In this document: positions 1 to 15,219 of the stretch, in pieces | Layout: each line of letters starts with the position of its first letter | Position numbering within the stretch: the first letter of the stretch is position 1 | Assembly: GCA_964016885.1 (NCBI GenBank) | Contig: OZ024749.1 | Location: 40,486,001 to 40,550,000 of the forward strand | Direction of reading: 5' to 3' | Source of the DNA: Eledone cirrhosa | Taxonomy: Eukaryota | DNA: 64,000 nt | Made by a program: the position numbers and the translations under genes | Notes under the pieces: model-generated | Databases searched by the model: none | Told to the model about the DNA's origin: nothing | Seen by the model: only the letters and a program-made list of their open reading frames with translations

Positions 1-2845
1 CACAACCAGCCACCGCCACCGCCACCACCATCACCACGACCACCACCATCACCACCATCAAAACCACCACACCCACACCTCCCACCGCACCCCAACCAGC
101 CACTACCACCACCACCATCACCACCACCATCACAAGCAACACCACCACCACCACCAAAACCACCATCCCACCACAACCAGCCACCACCACCACCACCACC
201 ACCACCACTACTACCACCACCACCACCACCACCACCACCATCACTACCACCACCACCACCATCACCACCACCACCACCACCACCACCACCATCACTACCA
301 CCACCACCACCACTACCACCACCACTACCACCACCACCACCACCACCACCACCACCATCACCACCACCACCACCACTACCACCACCACCACCACTACCAC
401 CACCACCACCACCACCACCACCACTAAAGTTTGAACCGTCTTACCTAACTTTTGGAAACGAAAAACAAACAAAAGTGAAATGAACAATATCTAGAACAAC
501 GACGCGTGCCGAGTGTTGCTAAGTAACCGAAAATTAAGCTCGGGGTGAGTGGGGTGTGAGGTAAGTCAGCCCACCACTCTCTCCTCACCTTCCATCACCA
601 ACACCACCACCAACACTACCACCAATACTACCAACACCACCACCACCACCAACACTACCACCAACACCACCACCAATACTACCAACACCACCACCACCAC
701 CAACACTACCACCAACACCACCACCAATACTACCAGCACCACCACCAACACTACCACCAACACTACCACCATCACCAAAACTACCACCAACACCACCACC
801 AACACCACCACCACCACCAACACTACCACCAACACTACCACCAATACCACCAACACCACCACCATCACCAACACTACCACCAACACCACCACCAATACTA
901 CCAACACCACCACCATCACCAACACTACCACCAACACCACCACCAATACTACCAACACCACCACCATCACCAACACTACCACCAACACCACCACCAATAC
1001 CACCAACACCACCACCATCACCAACACTACCACCAACACCACCACCAATACCACCAACACCACCACCATCACCAACACTATCACCAACACCACCACCAAT
1101 ACCACCAACACCAACACCATCACCAACACTACCACCAACACCACCACCAATACCACCAACACCACCACCACCACCAACACTACCACCAACACCACCACCA
1201 ATACCACCAACACCACCACCACCACCAACACTACCACCAACACCACCACCAATACCACCAACACCACCACCATCACCAACACTACCACCAACACCACCAC
1301 CAATACCACCAACACCACCACCATCACCAACACTACCACCAACACCACCACCAATACCACCAACACCACCACCAATACTACCAACACCACCACCATCACC
1401 AACACTACCACCAACACCACCACCAATACCACCAACACCACCACCATCACCAACACTACCACCAACACCACCACCAATACCACCAACACCACCACCATCA
1501 CCAACACTACCACCAACACCACCACCAATACTACCAACACCACCACCATCACCAACACTACCACCAACACCACCACCAATACTACCAACACCACCACCAT
1601 CACCAACACTACCACCAACACCACCACCAATACTACCAACACCACCACCATCACCAACACTACCACCAACACCAACACCAATACCACCAGCAGCACCAAC
1701 ACTACCACCAACACCACCACCAATACTACCAACACCACCACCATCACCAACACTACCACCAACACCACCACCAATACCACCAACACCACCACCATCACCA
1801 ACACTACCACCAACACCACCACCAATACCACCAACACCACCACCATCACCAACACTACCACCAACACCACCACCAATACCACCAACACCACCACCATCAC
1901 CAACACTACCACCAACACCACCACCAATACCACCAACACCACCACCATCACCAACACTACCACCAACACCACCACCAATACTACCAACACCACCACCATC
2001 ACCAACACTACCACCAACACCACCACCAATACTACCAACACCACCACCATCACCAACACTACCACCAACACCAACACCAACACCACCACCATCACCAACA
2101 CTACCACCAACACCAACACCAATACCACCAACACCACCACCATCACCAACACTACCACCAACACCACCACCAATACCACCAACACCACCACCATCACCAA
2201 CACTACCACCAACACCACCACCAACACCACCACCAATACTACCAACACCACCACCATCACCAACACTACCACCAACACTACCACCAATACTACCAACACC
2301 ACCACCATCACCAACACTACCACCAACACCACCACCAACACCACCACCAATACTACCAACACCACCACCATCACCAACACTACCACCAACACCAACACCA
2401 ATACTACCAACACCACCACCATCACCAACACTACCACCAACACCACCACCAATACCACCAACACCACCACCATCACCAACACTACCACCAACACCACCAC
2501 CAACACCACCACCAATACTACCAACACCACCACCATCACCAACACTACCACCAACACTACCACCAATACTACCAACAACAGCAACAACACTATCACCACC
2601 ACCACCACCAACACCAACAACACCAACAGCACTATCACCACCACCACCACCAACACCAACAACACCAACAGCACTATCACCACCACCACCACCAACACCA
2701 ACAACACCAACAGCACTATCACCACCACCACCAACAACAACAACACTAGCACCAACATCACTTTCCACCACCCCCACCGCCACCACCACACCAACACCTA
2801 CAACACCATCACCACCACCACCGCCACCACCACCACCAACACTAC
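1..2845. repeat. (ACC)n microsatellite grading into a 51-bp higher-order ACC/AAC minisatellite
   Basis: Unit accaacaccaccaccatcaccaacactaccaccaacaccaccaccaatact is repeated dozens of times. A short unique island interrupts it at ~425-590. Confidence 0.9.
515..527. promoter_or_regulatory. RFX X-box-like motif
   Basis: GTTGCT-A-AGTAAC approximates GTNRCC(N0-3)RGYAAC. It lies in a unique island between repeats, with splice-donor-like motifs pointing outward on both strands. Confidence 0.3.
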
Positions 2846-3024
2846 GCTCTCTCAAGCTGCGCAAGTTCACATTCAAACGCACACACACATACACACAAAC
2901 ACATGCACATATACACACACACACATGCACACACATTCATACGCACACACAAACACGAACGCAAACAAACATACACAAACGTACACAAACACATTCATAC
3001 ACAGACATACACACACAAACATAA

Positions 3025-3087
<63 letters not shown>

Positions 3088-3745
3088 CACACACATAAAC
3101 CCGGTTTCGTTCACAGCTGTCTGTAGTTTCTCTTTACATTACATTACTCTCTAACCTCCATCATATATGGTGTTAAAGGCATGAACCTCACCTAATCACA
3201 TCACACCCCACCACCTCACCACCACCACCACCGCCACTACCGCCGCCACCACCACCACCTCACCACCACCGCCACCACCACTTCACCACCACCTCACCAC
3301 CACCGCCACCACCGCCGCCACCGTCTCCACCACCACCACCGCCACCACCACTTCACCACCACCTCTCCCCCACCGCCACTTCACCACCACCACCACCGCC
3401 ACCGCCACTACCGTCACCTCACCACCACCACCGCCTCACCACCACCGCCACTTCACCACCACCTCACCACCACCGCCACCGCCACTACCGTCACCTCACC
3501 ACCACCACCGCCTCACCACCACCGCCACTTCACCACCACCTCGCCACCACCGCCACCGCCACTACCGTCACCTCACCACCACCACCGCCTCACCACCACC
3601 GCCACTTCACCACCACACCTCACCACCACCGCCACCGCCACTACCGTCACCTCACCACCACCACCGCCTCACCACCACCGCCACTTCACCACCACCTCAC
3701 CACCACCACCACCACACTATTATCACTCCACCCCCACCCCCACTC

Positions 3746-3782
<37 letters not shown>

Positions 3783-4309
3783 CTCCACATTAGATTACTA
3801 TATAACCTCTATCATATATGTATCGGTATCCTTAATAATGTTGCTAATAGACCCCAGAAAGGCATGAACCTCACCAAATCACATCACACCTCACCACCTC
3901 ACCACCACCACCACCACCACCACCACACTATTATCACTCCACCCCCACCCCGCACACACACACACACACATCTCTCCACATTAGATTACTATATAACCTC
4001 TGTCATATATGTACCGGTATTCTTAATAATGTTGTTAATAGACCCCTCGAAAGTTTTGAATCTCAACTAACCACATCACACCATCTCGCTTGATATTGGA
4101 TATACTCCCGGTGCAAAGCCTTCTGCAACTAAAGGGATTTTGAGGGCTTAACCCCCTCCAATAATATGGAAAATAATTTGTTTCGATATACCTGTGTTTT
4201 GGTTGTTACAACACTGATATTCTAACGATTCTAAATATGTTAGTGTGGTCATATTTTTAATTTCTTTCTTAGTCTCATATTGTTGATAAAAGAAAGCGTA
4301 AGCCAGTAA

Positions 4310-4905
4310 TAATTGTTTCTACTTTTGGCACAAGGCCAGCAATTACTCCAGTGTATTACTGGTACTTTATTTTATCGACCCCATAAGGATGAAAGGCAAA
4401 GTAAACCTCGGCGGGATTTGAACTCAGATCGTAAAGTAATAATTGTTTCTACTTTTGGCACAAGGCCAGCAATTACCCCAGTGTATTACTGGTACTTTAT
4501 TTTATCGACCCCCGTAAGGATAAAAGGCAAAGTAAACCTCGGCGGGATTTGAACTCAGATCGTAAAGTAATAATTGTTTCTACTTTTGGCACAAGGCCAG
4601 CAATTACCCCAGTGTATTACTGGTACTTTATTTCATCGACCCCCGTAAGGATGAAAGGCAAAGTTAACCTCGGCAGGATTTGAACTCAGAATGGCAAGGG
4701 CCGTAACTCTATTCGTCAAAGCATGTCGTCCGACCCCCTACCGATAGTAATAATAATAATAATTGCTTCTACTATAGGCACAAGGCCAGCAATTTGAAGA
4801 GGGGGGGGGGTCGATTAAATCGACCCCAGTGCATTTATCGACCTCCGTAAGGATGAAAGGCAAAGTCAACCTCGGCGGGATTTGAACTCAGATCGTAAAG
4901 GGACG
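4310..4905 (-). mobile_element. Tandem/partial copies of tRNA-derived SINE family 1
   Basis: Reverse complement of the 36188-36370 element (B box gagttcaaatcc, then gccgaggtcaactttgcctttcatcc). Three ~130-bp units plus a further copy. Confidence 0.8.
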
Positions 4906-5269
4906 TATAATAATACACATGTACTGTATACATACTTAAGCCACCCCACCCCACACACCCCAGTCCTAACTGTGTAACGGAAGCTCTACGGTGAATCGAA
5001 ACTACGACACCGGTTCCAATTCCGAAGGATACTTTTTCATTTTTTTTTTTTTTTCACTTAATTTCACCAACATTGCTGTCTTTAGGATAAGGCATGAACA
5101 CCACACAATCCTCATTCATTCGACTGTTGCTGCTTTTTGCCTGTTGTTTTTTTCTTTTCTTTTTTAAACCAAAGCTGGAATTTGTGGTTAGAGTTTAATG
5201 TGTTACAAGCTGCTGTTTACTGCTTATATATAAACTCTTTCTCATTACACCACACACACACACACACAC

Positions 5270-5318
<49 letters not shown>

Positions 5319-5456
5319 ACATTTTTTTCTCTTCTAAATCGAAGTCTTTCGTTTTAAAAACAAAAAAAAAAAAAAAGAAAGAGAAAAAAAATGCAAGCTA
5401 AACCAATATCTCATTCATAAAGCTAGTGTGCAAAAAAGAACATACATACACACATA

Positions 5457-5493
<37 letters not shown>

Positions 5494-5634
5494 ATGAGAA
5501 GAAAGAAGAATACTGCACATGGGTTACATATGATAAAATTAGTCCTTCGTCAGTGATTTGCCAACCATCATGATATTTCGTCGCATTAAAAATCATATAT
5601 CTCAGGTTGGTGCGAGTAATAACTAAAAAAAGAT

Positions 5635-5726
<92 letters not shown>

Positions 5727-5755
5727 TCGTAACTAAGGTGCTTCCATAGGCGTTT

Positions 5756-5844
<89 letters not shown>

Positions 5845-6269
5845 GACGAAACTATCTGAAAATAGACGGTGGCAAACAGACTAAAGGAATTAAATTAAAG
5901 AATTTTAAATCGTTGGAGACACTTGGAAAATATTCTTGAAAAGTCGACTTAAAAAGAGGAACATTAAAAAACTATGCAGGGATACGTGAAACGAAATAGT
6001 TGAAAAGACCAACGTTTTATGAGATTTTGTTGTTTGGTTTTTAATCTGTACAAATTGAAAGGAAAAAAAATGTTTTTTCCTCCTAATGCGATTTGAAGAG
6101 AGCGGTAGATGAAAGTTATGGAATAGAGTTAGACGAAACGAAGAAAGGTAGAATTAATTTAAAAAAGAAAAAAGATTAGAATGAAAGAGATAGGAGAGAT
6201 AAAGAGAGAAAGAAAGACAACTGTGTGTGGGGGGGAGGGGGGTAACTATTAGACACTAAAATATATTTT

Positions 6270-6630
6270 TAAAAACAACAATAACAACAACACAAACAGC
6301 AACACAAATAGCAACAAAAATAACAACACAAACAGCAACACAAATAGCAACAACAATAACAAAAACAGTTACATGGATAAGGCAACAAGCAGCAGAAAAC
6401 AGCACGTGTATCAACAACAACTACAAACAACAACAACAGCAACAGCAACAACAATAACAACAACACAAACAGCAACAGCAACAACAATAACAACAACAGA
6501 AACAGCAACAGCAGCAGCAACAACAACAACAACAACACAAACAGCAACAGCAACAACAACAACACCAACAACAGACACCACCAACAACAACAACAACAAC
6601 ATACACCACCCCACCACCACCACCACCACC

Positions 6631-6661
<31 letters not shown>

Positions 6662-6734
6662 GACACCAACAACAACAACAACAACAACAGACACCACCAC
6701 CAACAACAACAACAACAACAACATACACCACCCC

Positions 6735-6765
<31 letters not shown>

Positions 6766-6895
6766 CCAGACACCAACAACAACAACAACAACAACAACAG
6801 ACACCACCACCACCAACACCACGACCACCACCACCAACACCACTACTACTACCACCACCAACAACAACAACAACAGCAACAACAACAACAACAAG
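6270..6895. repeat. (AAC)n/(ACC)n microsatellite
   Basis: Direct reading of the sequence. Confidence 0.9.
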
Positions 6896-7313
6896 ACTAT
6901 AGAGAAAGGTAAGAGAAGAAAGTAGAAAATGAAATGAAGAAAAGAACAGGTAAGTTATATTATTGTGAATTAATTACAATCAACTCTTAATTACAATGAC
7001 GTCATATATATATATACTACCTTTATTATATTCACATCAAGTAAAAACAATATATTCCTTTACTGGTTTCAGACATTAGACTGTGGCCAAGCTGGAGCAC
7101 CAGCATGATTTAGTCGATCATATCGATATCATTACTATATTTCTCATGTCTAATTCATAGTTTATCGATTTTTTTTTTTATTTAATTTTTTTTTTTTTTT
7201 TTTTTTTGTCAAACCTCTATATTACGGAACAAACACATACACAAACGTAAACACACTCACACAGACAGATAGACACACACACACACACACACACATACAC
7301 GCACACATATACG

Positions 7314-7370
<57 letters not shown>

Positions 7371-7552
7371 TTAAGTAAGTAAGTAAAAATTTTTTGAAAA
7401 AAATTTTTTTAAAGGATTTTCTTATTTTACGTCTTTTATATTATTGTTCTGCATCCTCCTGCATTGAACCACCTAGGTACTATGACATAACCTGTGTATT
7501 TGGTGGCATAGACGTGCACCTGTGCGCTTATGTTAGTTGATAAATTAAATTA

Positions 7553-8435
<883 letters not shown>

Positions 8436-8702
8436 GCGCGCGCTTAGTCGCCAGCTGAGACACGTTCCCTAGCAGCACAGCTCTTCAGCGAATCCTTCAG
8501 TTTCCGTCTACTAAATTCAACACGACGCGACTATTGTGGAAGACCCACTTTGCGGCGCCGCAGTGTGACAGAACTCAGAACCACATGCATGCAAATCGAA
8601 GTCGTTAACCATATAGCCATGACTGTGACTGAATGTGTTAGGGCTCGATTAGAGACGTTGACAGCCGGGGTTTTAACGGGTGTGTACAGGACCTGGTCTT
8701 AT

Positions 8703-9395
8703 AAATAATTGTTTCTACTTTTGGCACAAGGCCAGCAATTACCCCAGTGTTTTACTGGTGCTTTAGTTTATCTACCCCGTAAGGATGAAAGGCAAAGTAA
8801 ACCTCGGCGGGATTTGAACTCAGATCGTAAAGTAATAATTGTTTCTACTTTTGGCACAAGGCCAGCAATTACCCCAGTGCTTTACTGGTACTTTAGTTTA
8901 TCTACCCCGTAAGGATGAAAGCAAAGTAAACCTCGGCGGGATTTGAACTCAGATCGTAAAGTAATAATTGTTTCTACTTTTGGCACAAGGCCAGCAATTA
9001 CCCCAGTGCTTTACTGGTGCTTTAGTTTATCTACCCCGTAAGGATGAAAGGCAAAGTAAACCTCGGCGGGATTTGAACTCAGATCGTAAAGTAATAATTG
9101 TTTCTACTTTTGGCACAAGGCCAGCAATTACCCCAGTGTTTTACTGGTGCTTTAGTTTATCTACCCCGTAAGGATGAAAGGCAAAGTAAACCTCGGCGGG
9201 ATTTGAACTCAGATCGTAAAGTAATAATTGTTTCTACTTTTGGCACAAGGCCAGCAATTACCCCAGTGCTTTACTGGTGCTTTAGTTTATCGACCCCGTA
9301 AGGATGAAAGCAAAGTAAACCTCGGCGGGATTTGAACTCTATGCTACAAAGCATGGCGTCCAACCCTCTACTGATACTGCCAATCCATTGCCCTA
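8703..9395 (-). mobile_element. Five head-to-tail ~130-bp units of SINE family 1
   Basis: Units start at ~8709, 8839, 8968, 9098 and 9228. Only the last continues into the SINE 5' part (ctctatgctacaaagcatggcgtccaaccctctac). Confidence 0.85.
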
Positions 9396-9526
9396 GTCTT
9401 ATAAATAATACCTTATCACAGAAAATAATGTTAAAAAATACTTATTTTTAATATACCGGTACCATATCATACTATATTTCATGATGTGTGTGTGGGGGGG
9501 AGGGGGGGCGTGAGTGTGTAGGCCAT

Positions 9527-9559
9527 CTGATGAAGCACCAACGCCGAAACTTCGAAGTC
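9527..9559 (+). ncRNA. Minimal hammerhead ribozyme motif
   Basis: CTGATGA-AGC-accaac-GCC-GAAAC-TTCGAA-GTC. Full catalytic core, palindromic helix III (ACTTCGAAGT) and GUC triplet. Confidence 0.75.
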
Positions 9560-10510
9560 ACTTCCCCCTTTTCCTTCGGAAAAATAAAACATACTTTTTT
9601 CTCGCGTGTATTAAGTGCTCTTCATTCAGTTAAAGTTTGATCGTTCGATGTACGGCTATATATTGAACACTATATATCTGTGTGAACAATATATATATAT
9701 ATATATGTGTGTGCGTATGTGTGTGCATGTTTGTGCGTGTGCGTGTTTGTGTTTGTATGTACTTCTATGTATGTATGTATGTCTATGTATGTATGTATAT
9801 ATGTGTATTCTGCAAGATTCTTGACGTGAAATCGTGTATTGAAACACATATTGTTGTGCTTTGGGAGGGTCATCCTGCTAATTAAAACACTCGCACCGGT
9901 GAATTTTCACTTCAGTTTTATTAATCTGGTTATTAATCCATCATTCGGTTGCTTAATCAACTAATTATTTGTCAAAGTCCTTTCGTCACAGTAATTTTTA
10001 ATTTAGTATAAAAAAAACTTACTTTTATAATATTTTAACTTGGTAATGTAATAGTTTATACGTACATTGCCGAAGGTAAATACCTGGCTTAGCTATCCAC
10101 ACCTTTTGAAATACAGTCAAACCTGAGAGGGGTTGTCATTCTTTCTTACTTTCTCATCTATTTCGTTTGCCCTGCTGTATTTTCCAAGGTGACTATGTTT
10201 TGGAGGGTTTACTGCTATCATATTTCTAAGGATAACATGTCATAGTACTCTCTTTTCTATGTTTTGTCAGCCTGTTTTTTTTTTGTTTTTTTTTTGTGTG
10301 TGTTTGTTTTCTTTTTGTTTTTGTTTCCTTTTGTTTCCTTTTGTTTCCTTTTGTTTCCTTTTTGTTCTTGTTTTGTTTTATCAGAGGGGTTTCTTCCAGG
10401 CCATTGTGTGTTGTTTTTAATAGTGAAGTCGTTATGGTGACAGCTAACATGGACAACAGACATAATTTGTCTCAGTCATGCTACTTTGAAGTCGTTCATT
10501 TCAGCGAGCT

Positions 10511-11205
10511 TAACTGGGGTTCTCTAGTATACTCAGACTATGTGACTGGACTAGCGATCTTAGCTAGGGTTCTTTAATATATTCAGACTATGTGACTGGA
10601 CTAGCGATCTTAGCTGGGGTTCTTTAATATATTCAGACTATGTGACTGGACTAGCGATCTTAACTGGGGTTCTTTAATATATTCATACTATGTGACTGGA
10701 CTAGCGATCTTAGCTGGGGTTCTTTAATATATTCAGACTATGTGACTGGACTAGCGATCTTAGCTGGGGTTCTTTAATATATTCAGACTATGTGACTGGA
10801 CTAGCGATCTTAGCTGGGGTTCTTTAATATATTCAGACTATGTGACTGGACTAGCGATCTTAGCTGGGGTTCTTTAATATATTCAGACTATGTGACTGGA
10901 CTAGCGATCTTAACTGGGGTTCTTTAATATATTCAGACTATGTGACTGGACTAGCGATCTTAACTGGGGTTCTTTAATATATTCATACTATGTGACTGGA
11001 CTAGCGATCTTAGCTGGGGTTCTTTAATATATTCAGACTATGTGACTGGACTAGCGATCTTAGCTGGGGTTCTTTAATATATTCAGACTATGTGACTGGA
11101 CTAGCGATCTTAGCTGGGGTTCTCTAGGATACTCAGACTATGTGACTGGACTAGCGATCTTAACTGGGGTTCTCTAGGATATTCAGACTATGTGACTGGA
11201 CTGGG
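10511..11205. repeat. 50-bp minisatellite, ~14 copies
   Basis: Unit tagctggggttctttaatatattcagactatgtgactggactagcgatct. Confidence 0.95.
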
Positions 11206-11682
11206 GTTCTGGAGTCTATTTGAACTATGTGACCGAATTAGTGATATCAGCTGGCATTTTATGATCTATTATGGATCTGTGACTAAACCGGTCATGTGTG
11301 CTGTGACTAGCAATGTAAAGTCCATTCAGGAAATGTGTCCTAACTAAAGATGTGACCGAACTAGCAGGGTTCGTTGGGTTTCTTACACTCCGTAGTTGTG
11401 TCTGAACAGTGGTCAACATGCTGCCCCTTCAAAACAAAGTTAAGGCCCAGTTGTTTGCTGTGACAGCTTTTTATGAAACTATATATTCGTCTATGTGACA
11501 TACGCTTGCTGGATTAGAACTTACTTGGCGTTACCAACAACAATTGAGTCATCATCTGAACTGCTCAATCAAGGCTGACCTGTAGCTGCATAACAATAAT
11601 AACTACTGAACCATCATTAGTCCAATGTTGCTCTCTCTATATATATATATATCTCACACCCACACTTCAATGTCACTCCTTT

Positions 11683-11746
<64 letters not shown>

Positions 11747-11769
11747 TCCAATATCCTTCTCTCTCACAT

Positions 11770-11817
<48 letters not shown>

Positions 11818-11862
11818 CACACACACACACACACACCAATGTTACATATCTGGACTCTAGAC

Positions 11863-12537
11863 CACAGGTTCTCAACCCACTTAGGCCAAACGCCCCCTTT
11901 TGTCCCTCGAAATCACGAAACGCCCCCTTATTTTTCCATTTTTCAATATACTACTGATTTTTATGTCAGTAGATTACTAAAAAATTGATTAACAATATTA
12001 CAAAGATGTGTGTATTACCTGATTGTGTTGTATGTGGTCCTAGATGTGTGTGCTACTCGCTTCTGTTTTTTCTTTTCTTTTTTTATTTGTAATATTATTT
12101 ATACAATAGGGAATAAAATAGATCTACATAGTGTTAACTTGTTACGGTTGAGTCAATAATTTCAGACATGAAATACATTGTATCGGTGAAGGAAAGATAA
12201 GATTCTAACTGGCTGCGCTCAAAGTGTCTTTGACCCAGGTGACTGTGGGTTTTTCCATTTTTAGGATCTCAATTACCGGACTCACCTGCTCACAGCTTCG
12301 GTCAGACTATAGTTATGCTGTCTCCAAGCTCATTCAAATGCATTCACACTGGCGGTCTCAAAAGACATACAAATATGGCTTATAAAACTTACCAAAATAA
12401 AGAGCCTTCCAGCGCCACCTCAACCCCCCTCCCCCAGCTCTAAACCACCCCCTAACGTGACCTTGCTCCCAAACGCCCCCCTGGAGTTCCGAAACGCCCC
12501 CCGGGGTGTGCATATTACCCCCCGTTGAGAACCTTTG
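11863..12537. mobile_element. Non-autonomous hAT (Charlie-type) element
   Basis: TIRs cacaggttctcaac / gttgagaacctttg, a perfect 8-bp TSD ctctagac (11855-11862 and 12538-12545), and subterminal aaacgccccc repeats. Confidence 0.85.
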
Positions 12538-12714
12538 CTCTAGACCAACATATGTGTGAGAAGTGATTGTTTGTGTAGGAATGAATCAAATTTGTTAATG
12601 TCACTCTACATCATCCAAATGTCACATATCTACACTGTAGATCAACTCATGTCATATGTACTGTACTGAAGATGGAGGCTCTATATTTAGCATTAATAAA
12701 AGTCAATGCATGTA

Positions 12715-13210
12715 TTGACCAGTTGAACACCACCGCCTGGTCCTTGGGTGGTAGACTTAATCCATTGCCCAGTCTAATACCACCACCTGTTCCATGGCTG
12801 GTAGATTTAATCTGTTGACCAGTTTAACACTACTATCTGGCCATTGGGTGGTAGACTTAATCTGTTGACCAGCTTAACACTACTATCTGGCCATTGGGTG
12901 GTAGACTTAATCTGTTGACCAGCTTAACACTACTATCTGGCCATTGGGTGGTAGACTTAATCTGTTGACCAGCTTAACACTACTATCTGGCCATTGGGTG
13001 GTAGACTTAATCTGTTGACCAGCTTAACACTACTATCTGGCCATTGGGTGGTAGACTTAATCTGTTGACCAGCTTAACACAAACACCTGGTCCTTGGATA
13101 GTATACCTAATGAGTTGACCGGCTTAAAGCTACTACCTAACCCTTGGGTGATAGGCTTAATCTGTTGATTAGTTTTACACTACTACCTGGCCCTTGGGTG
13201 GTAGATTTAC
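12715..13210. repeat. 50-bp minisatellite, ~10 copies
   Basis: Unit gtagacttaatctgttgaccagcttaacactactatctggccattgggtg. Confidence 0.9.
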
Positions 13211-13363
13211 ACATACACACATACATACATACACACATACACACACACATACATACATACACACATACATACATACATACACACATACATACACACATAC
13301 ATACATACATACATACATACATACATACATACATACATACATACATACATACATACATACATA

Positions 13364-14032
13364 CAAACTACAAGTACAATCCATTAATGGAACAGTAAAA
13401 ATATGTAAAACATTCCAGAAATTTTGCATCTAATAACTGCATATACACATGTACAGATACAAAGCATATAAACATGCACACATACAACTCAAAACATCCA
13501 CATACACACATACAATAACATCCATATCTACACATGCAGACATACATACATATCTACCTAGTGGATGTTGTGTAAATTCCAATGAGAGAGTCTTGTGTCT
13601 ATGTTAGAAACCGACTCTCTCTCTATTGGTAAAACTGTGTGAAATTATAAAACCAGAAGAACATACATACGTACGTACGTACGTACATACATTCATACGT
13701 ACGTACATATATACATACATAAATACATACATACATACATACATACATACATACATACATACATACATACATGCACACACACATACATACATACACACAT
13801 ACATACATACATACATACATACATACATACATACATACATACATACATACATACATACATACATACATACACACATACATACACACATACAATAACATCC
13901 ATATCTACTCATGCAGACATACATACATATCTACCTAGTTGATGTGTAAATTCCAATGAGAGAGTCTTGTGTCTATGTTAGAAACCGACTCTCTCTATTG
14001 GTAAAACTTTGTGAAATTATAAAACCAGAAGA
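13364..14032 (+). mobile_element. 3' ends of an RLE-type non-LTR retrotransposon embedded in (CATA)n; 3' UTR duplicated
   Basis: Encodes LQVQSINGTVKICKTF, homologous to the C-terminus at 14873-15138. The UTR is repeated at ~13510-13661 and ~13880-14032, each copy ending in (CATA)n. Confidence 0.6.
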
Positions 14033-14156
14033 ACATACATACATACGTACGTACGTACGTACGTACATACATTCATACGTACGTACATATATACATACAT
14101 AAATACATACATACATACATACATACATACATACATACATACATACATACATACAT

Positions 14157-14187
<31 letters not shown>

Positions 14188-14207
14188 TACACACATACAT
14201 ACATACA

Positions 14208-14821
14208 TGATGGCTGCCAACTCGTTTTCGAGTACGGCCACTACTTTATATCTATGTAGGAGAACCCCTACCGATGCGCTAAACAAGTGTGACTTTTTAG
14301 TCCAGCCAGCGACTTGAAAACTCCGGTACAAACACTACACTTGTGACAATTATTGACACAGTGCTGGGCCCATGGTACCATGTGACGACAAGTGCAGAGA
14401 GATCTCCAGATATAAAGCAATGCCTGTGCCGTGAAGCTTTTATAGTGAGTAAAGGCACTGCACAAAGCCAGTCCCACTCTGTTAACCAAGATGATATTTA
14501 CCAAAAAGAAGAACAAGTCAACATCATTGGATCCCATCAGAGTTGCAGGTGTTATATCAGAGTTTTCCATGTCAGGTCACCAGTTGGTGCTACTGGTAAC
14601 ATGTATCCCAGTACAACCTGTCTCATGGTCGGGCCGTTGGCGACTAAACTGGCAATCCCACCAAGGTTTCTTGGTGAGGAGGGTGACTTTGGACATCCTG
14701 CGGGACTAAAAACAAAACCTGTCAAAGGGCAAAGGAGCTCTTAAGAGTCAATGGCCATCCAAAATCACCGGGAGAGATGACCCCTTAGCCTTTGTCAAGG
14801 CAGAATTCTAGGAGAAGGAAA
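14208..14821 (-). mobile_element. Internally deleted RTE-like LINE derivative
   Basis: C-terminal C2H2-like finger CSVCTGVFKSLAGLKSH, a short 3' UTR and a (TGTA)n tail. The 5' part matches 27455-27540. Confidence 0.5.
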
Positions 14822-14872
14822 ACATACATACATACATACATACATACATACATACATACATACATACATACA

Positions 14873-15219
14873 TAAACGTTGTCAGAAAAATACAGGAGAA
14901 GGAGGACATCTACGGACCATTGATGAGGAGTTTACAAATCCAGTATCCAAGATACACCTTTAGCTTCATACCCATCATTATTGGTGCTACGGGTTATATA
15001 CCAACCCGCTTGGACCAAAGTATGACCGAACTTGGATTTGCGGACAAAAAGCGCAGCTCCCTAATTCATAGTCTACAAATGGCTGCGATAGCTGGCACCT
15101 TCAAAATTTGCAAAACATTCTTGCGATTCAAGGGATGACAATTTCTTTTCTTTTACAACCTTGCCACCAGGAAGGTGGCCGGTCAAAAAAAATATACTCG
15201 AAATTAAGAGAAAGAGAAA
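14873..15219 (+). mobile_element. 5'-truncated RLE-type (R4/NeSL/CRE-like) retrotransposon 3' end in (CATA)n
   Basis: EKEDIYGPL...FIPIIIGATGYIP...LQMAAIAGTFKICKTF resembles RLE-domain C-termini. Both junctions are (CATA)n. Confidence 0.65.

Noticed and set aside
549-3098. 849-aa Thr/Asn-rich mucin-like ORF and its antisense Val/Gly ORFs
   Set aside because: Open on both strands simply because the ACC/AAC repeat lacks stop codons. GTG start, no unique domain, and it runs into (CA)n.
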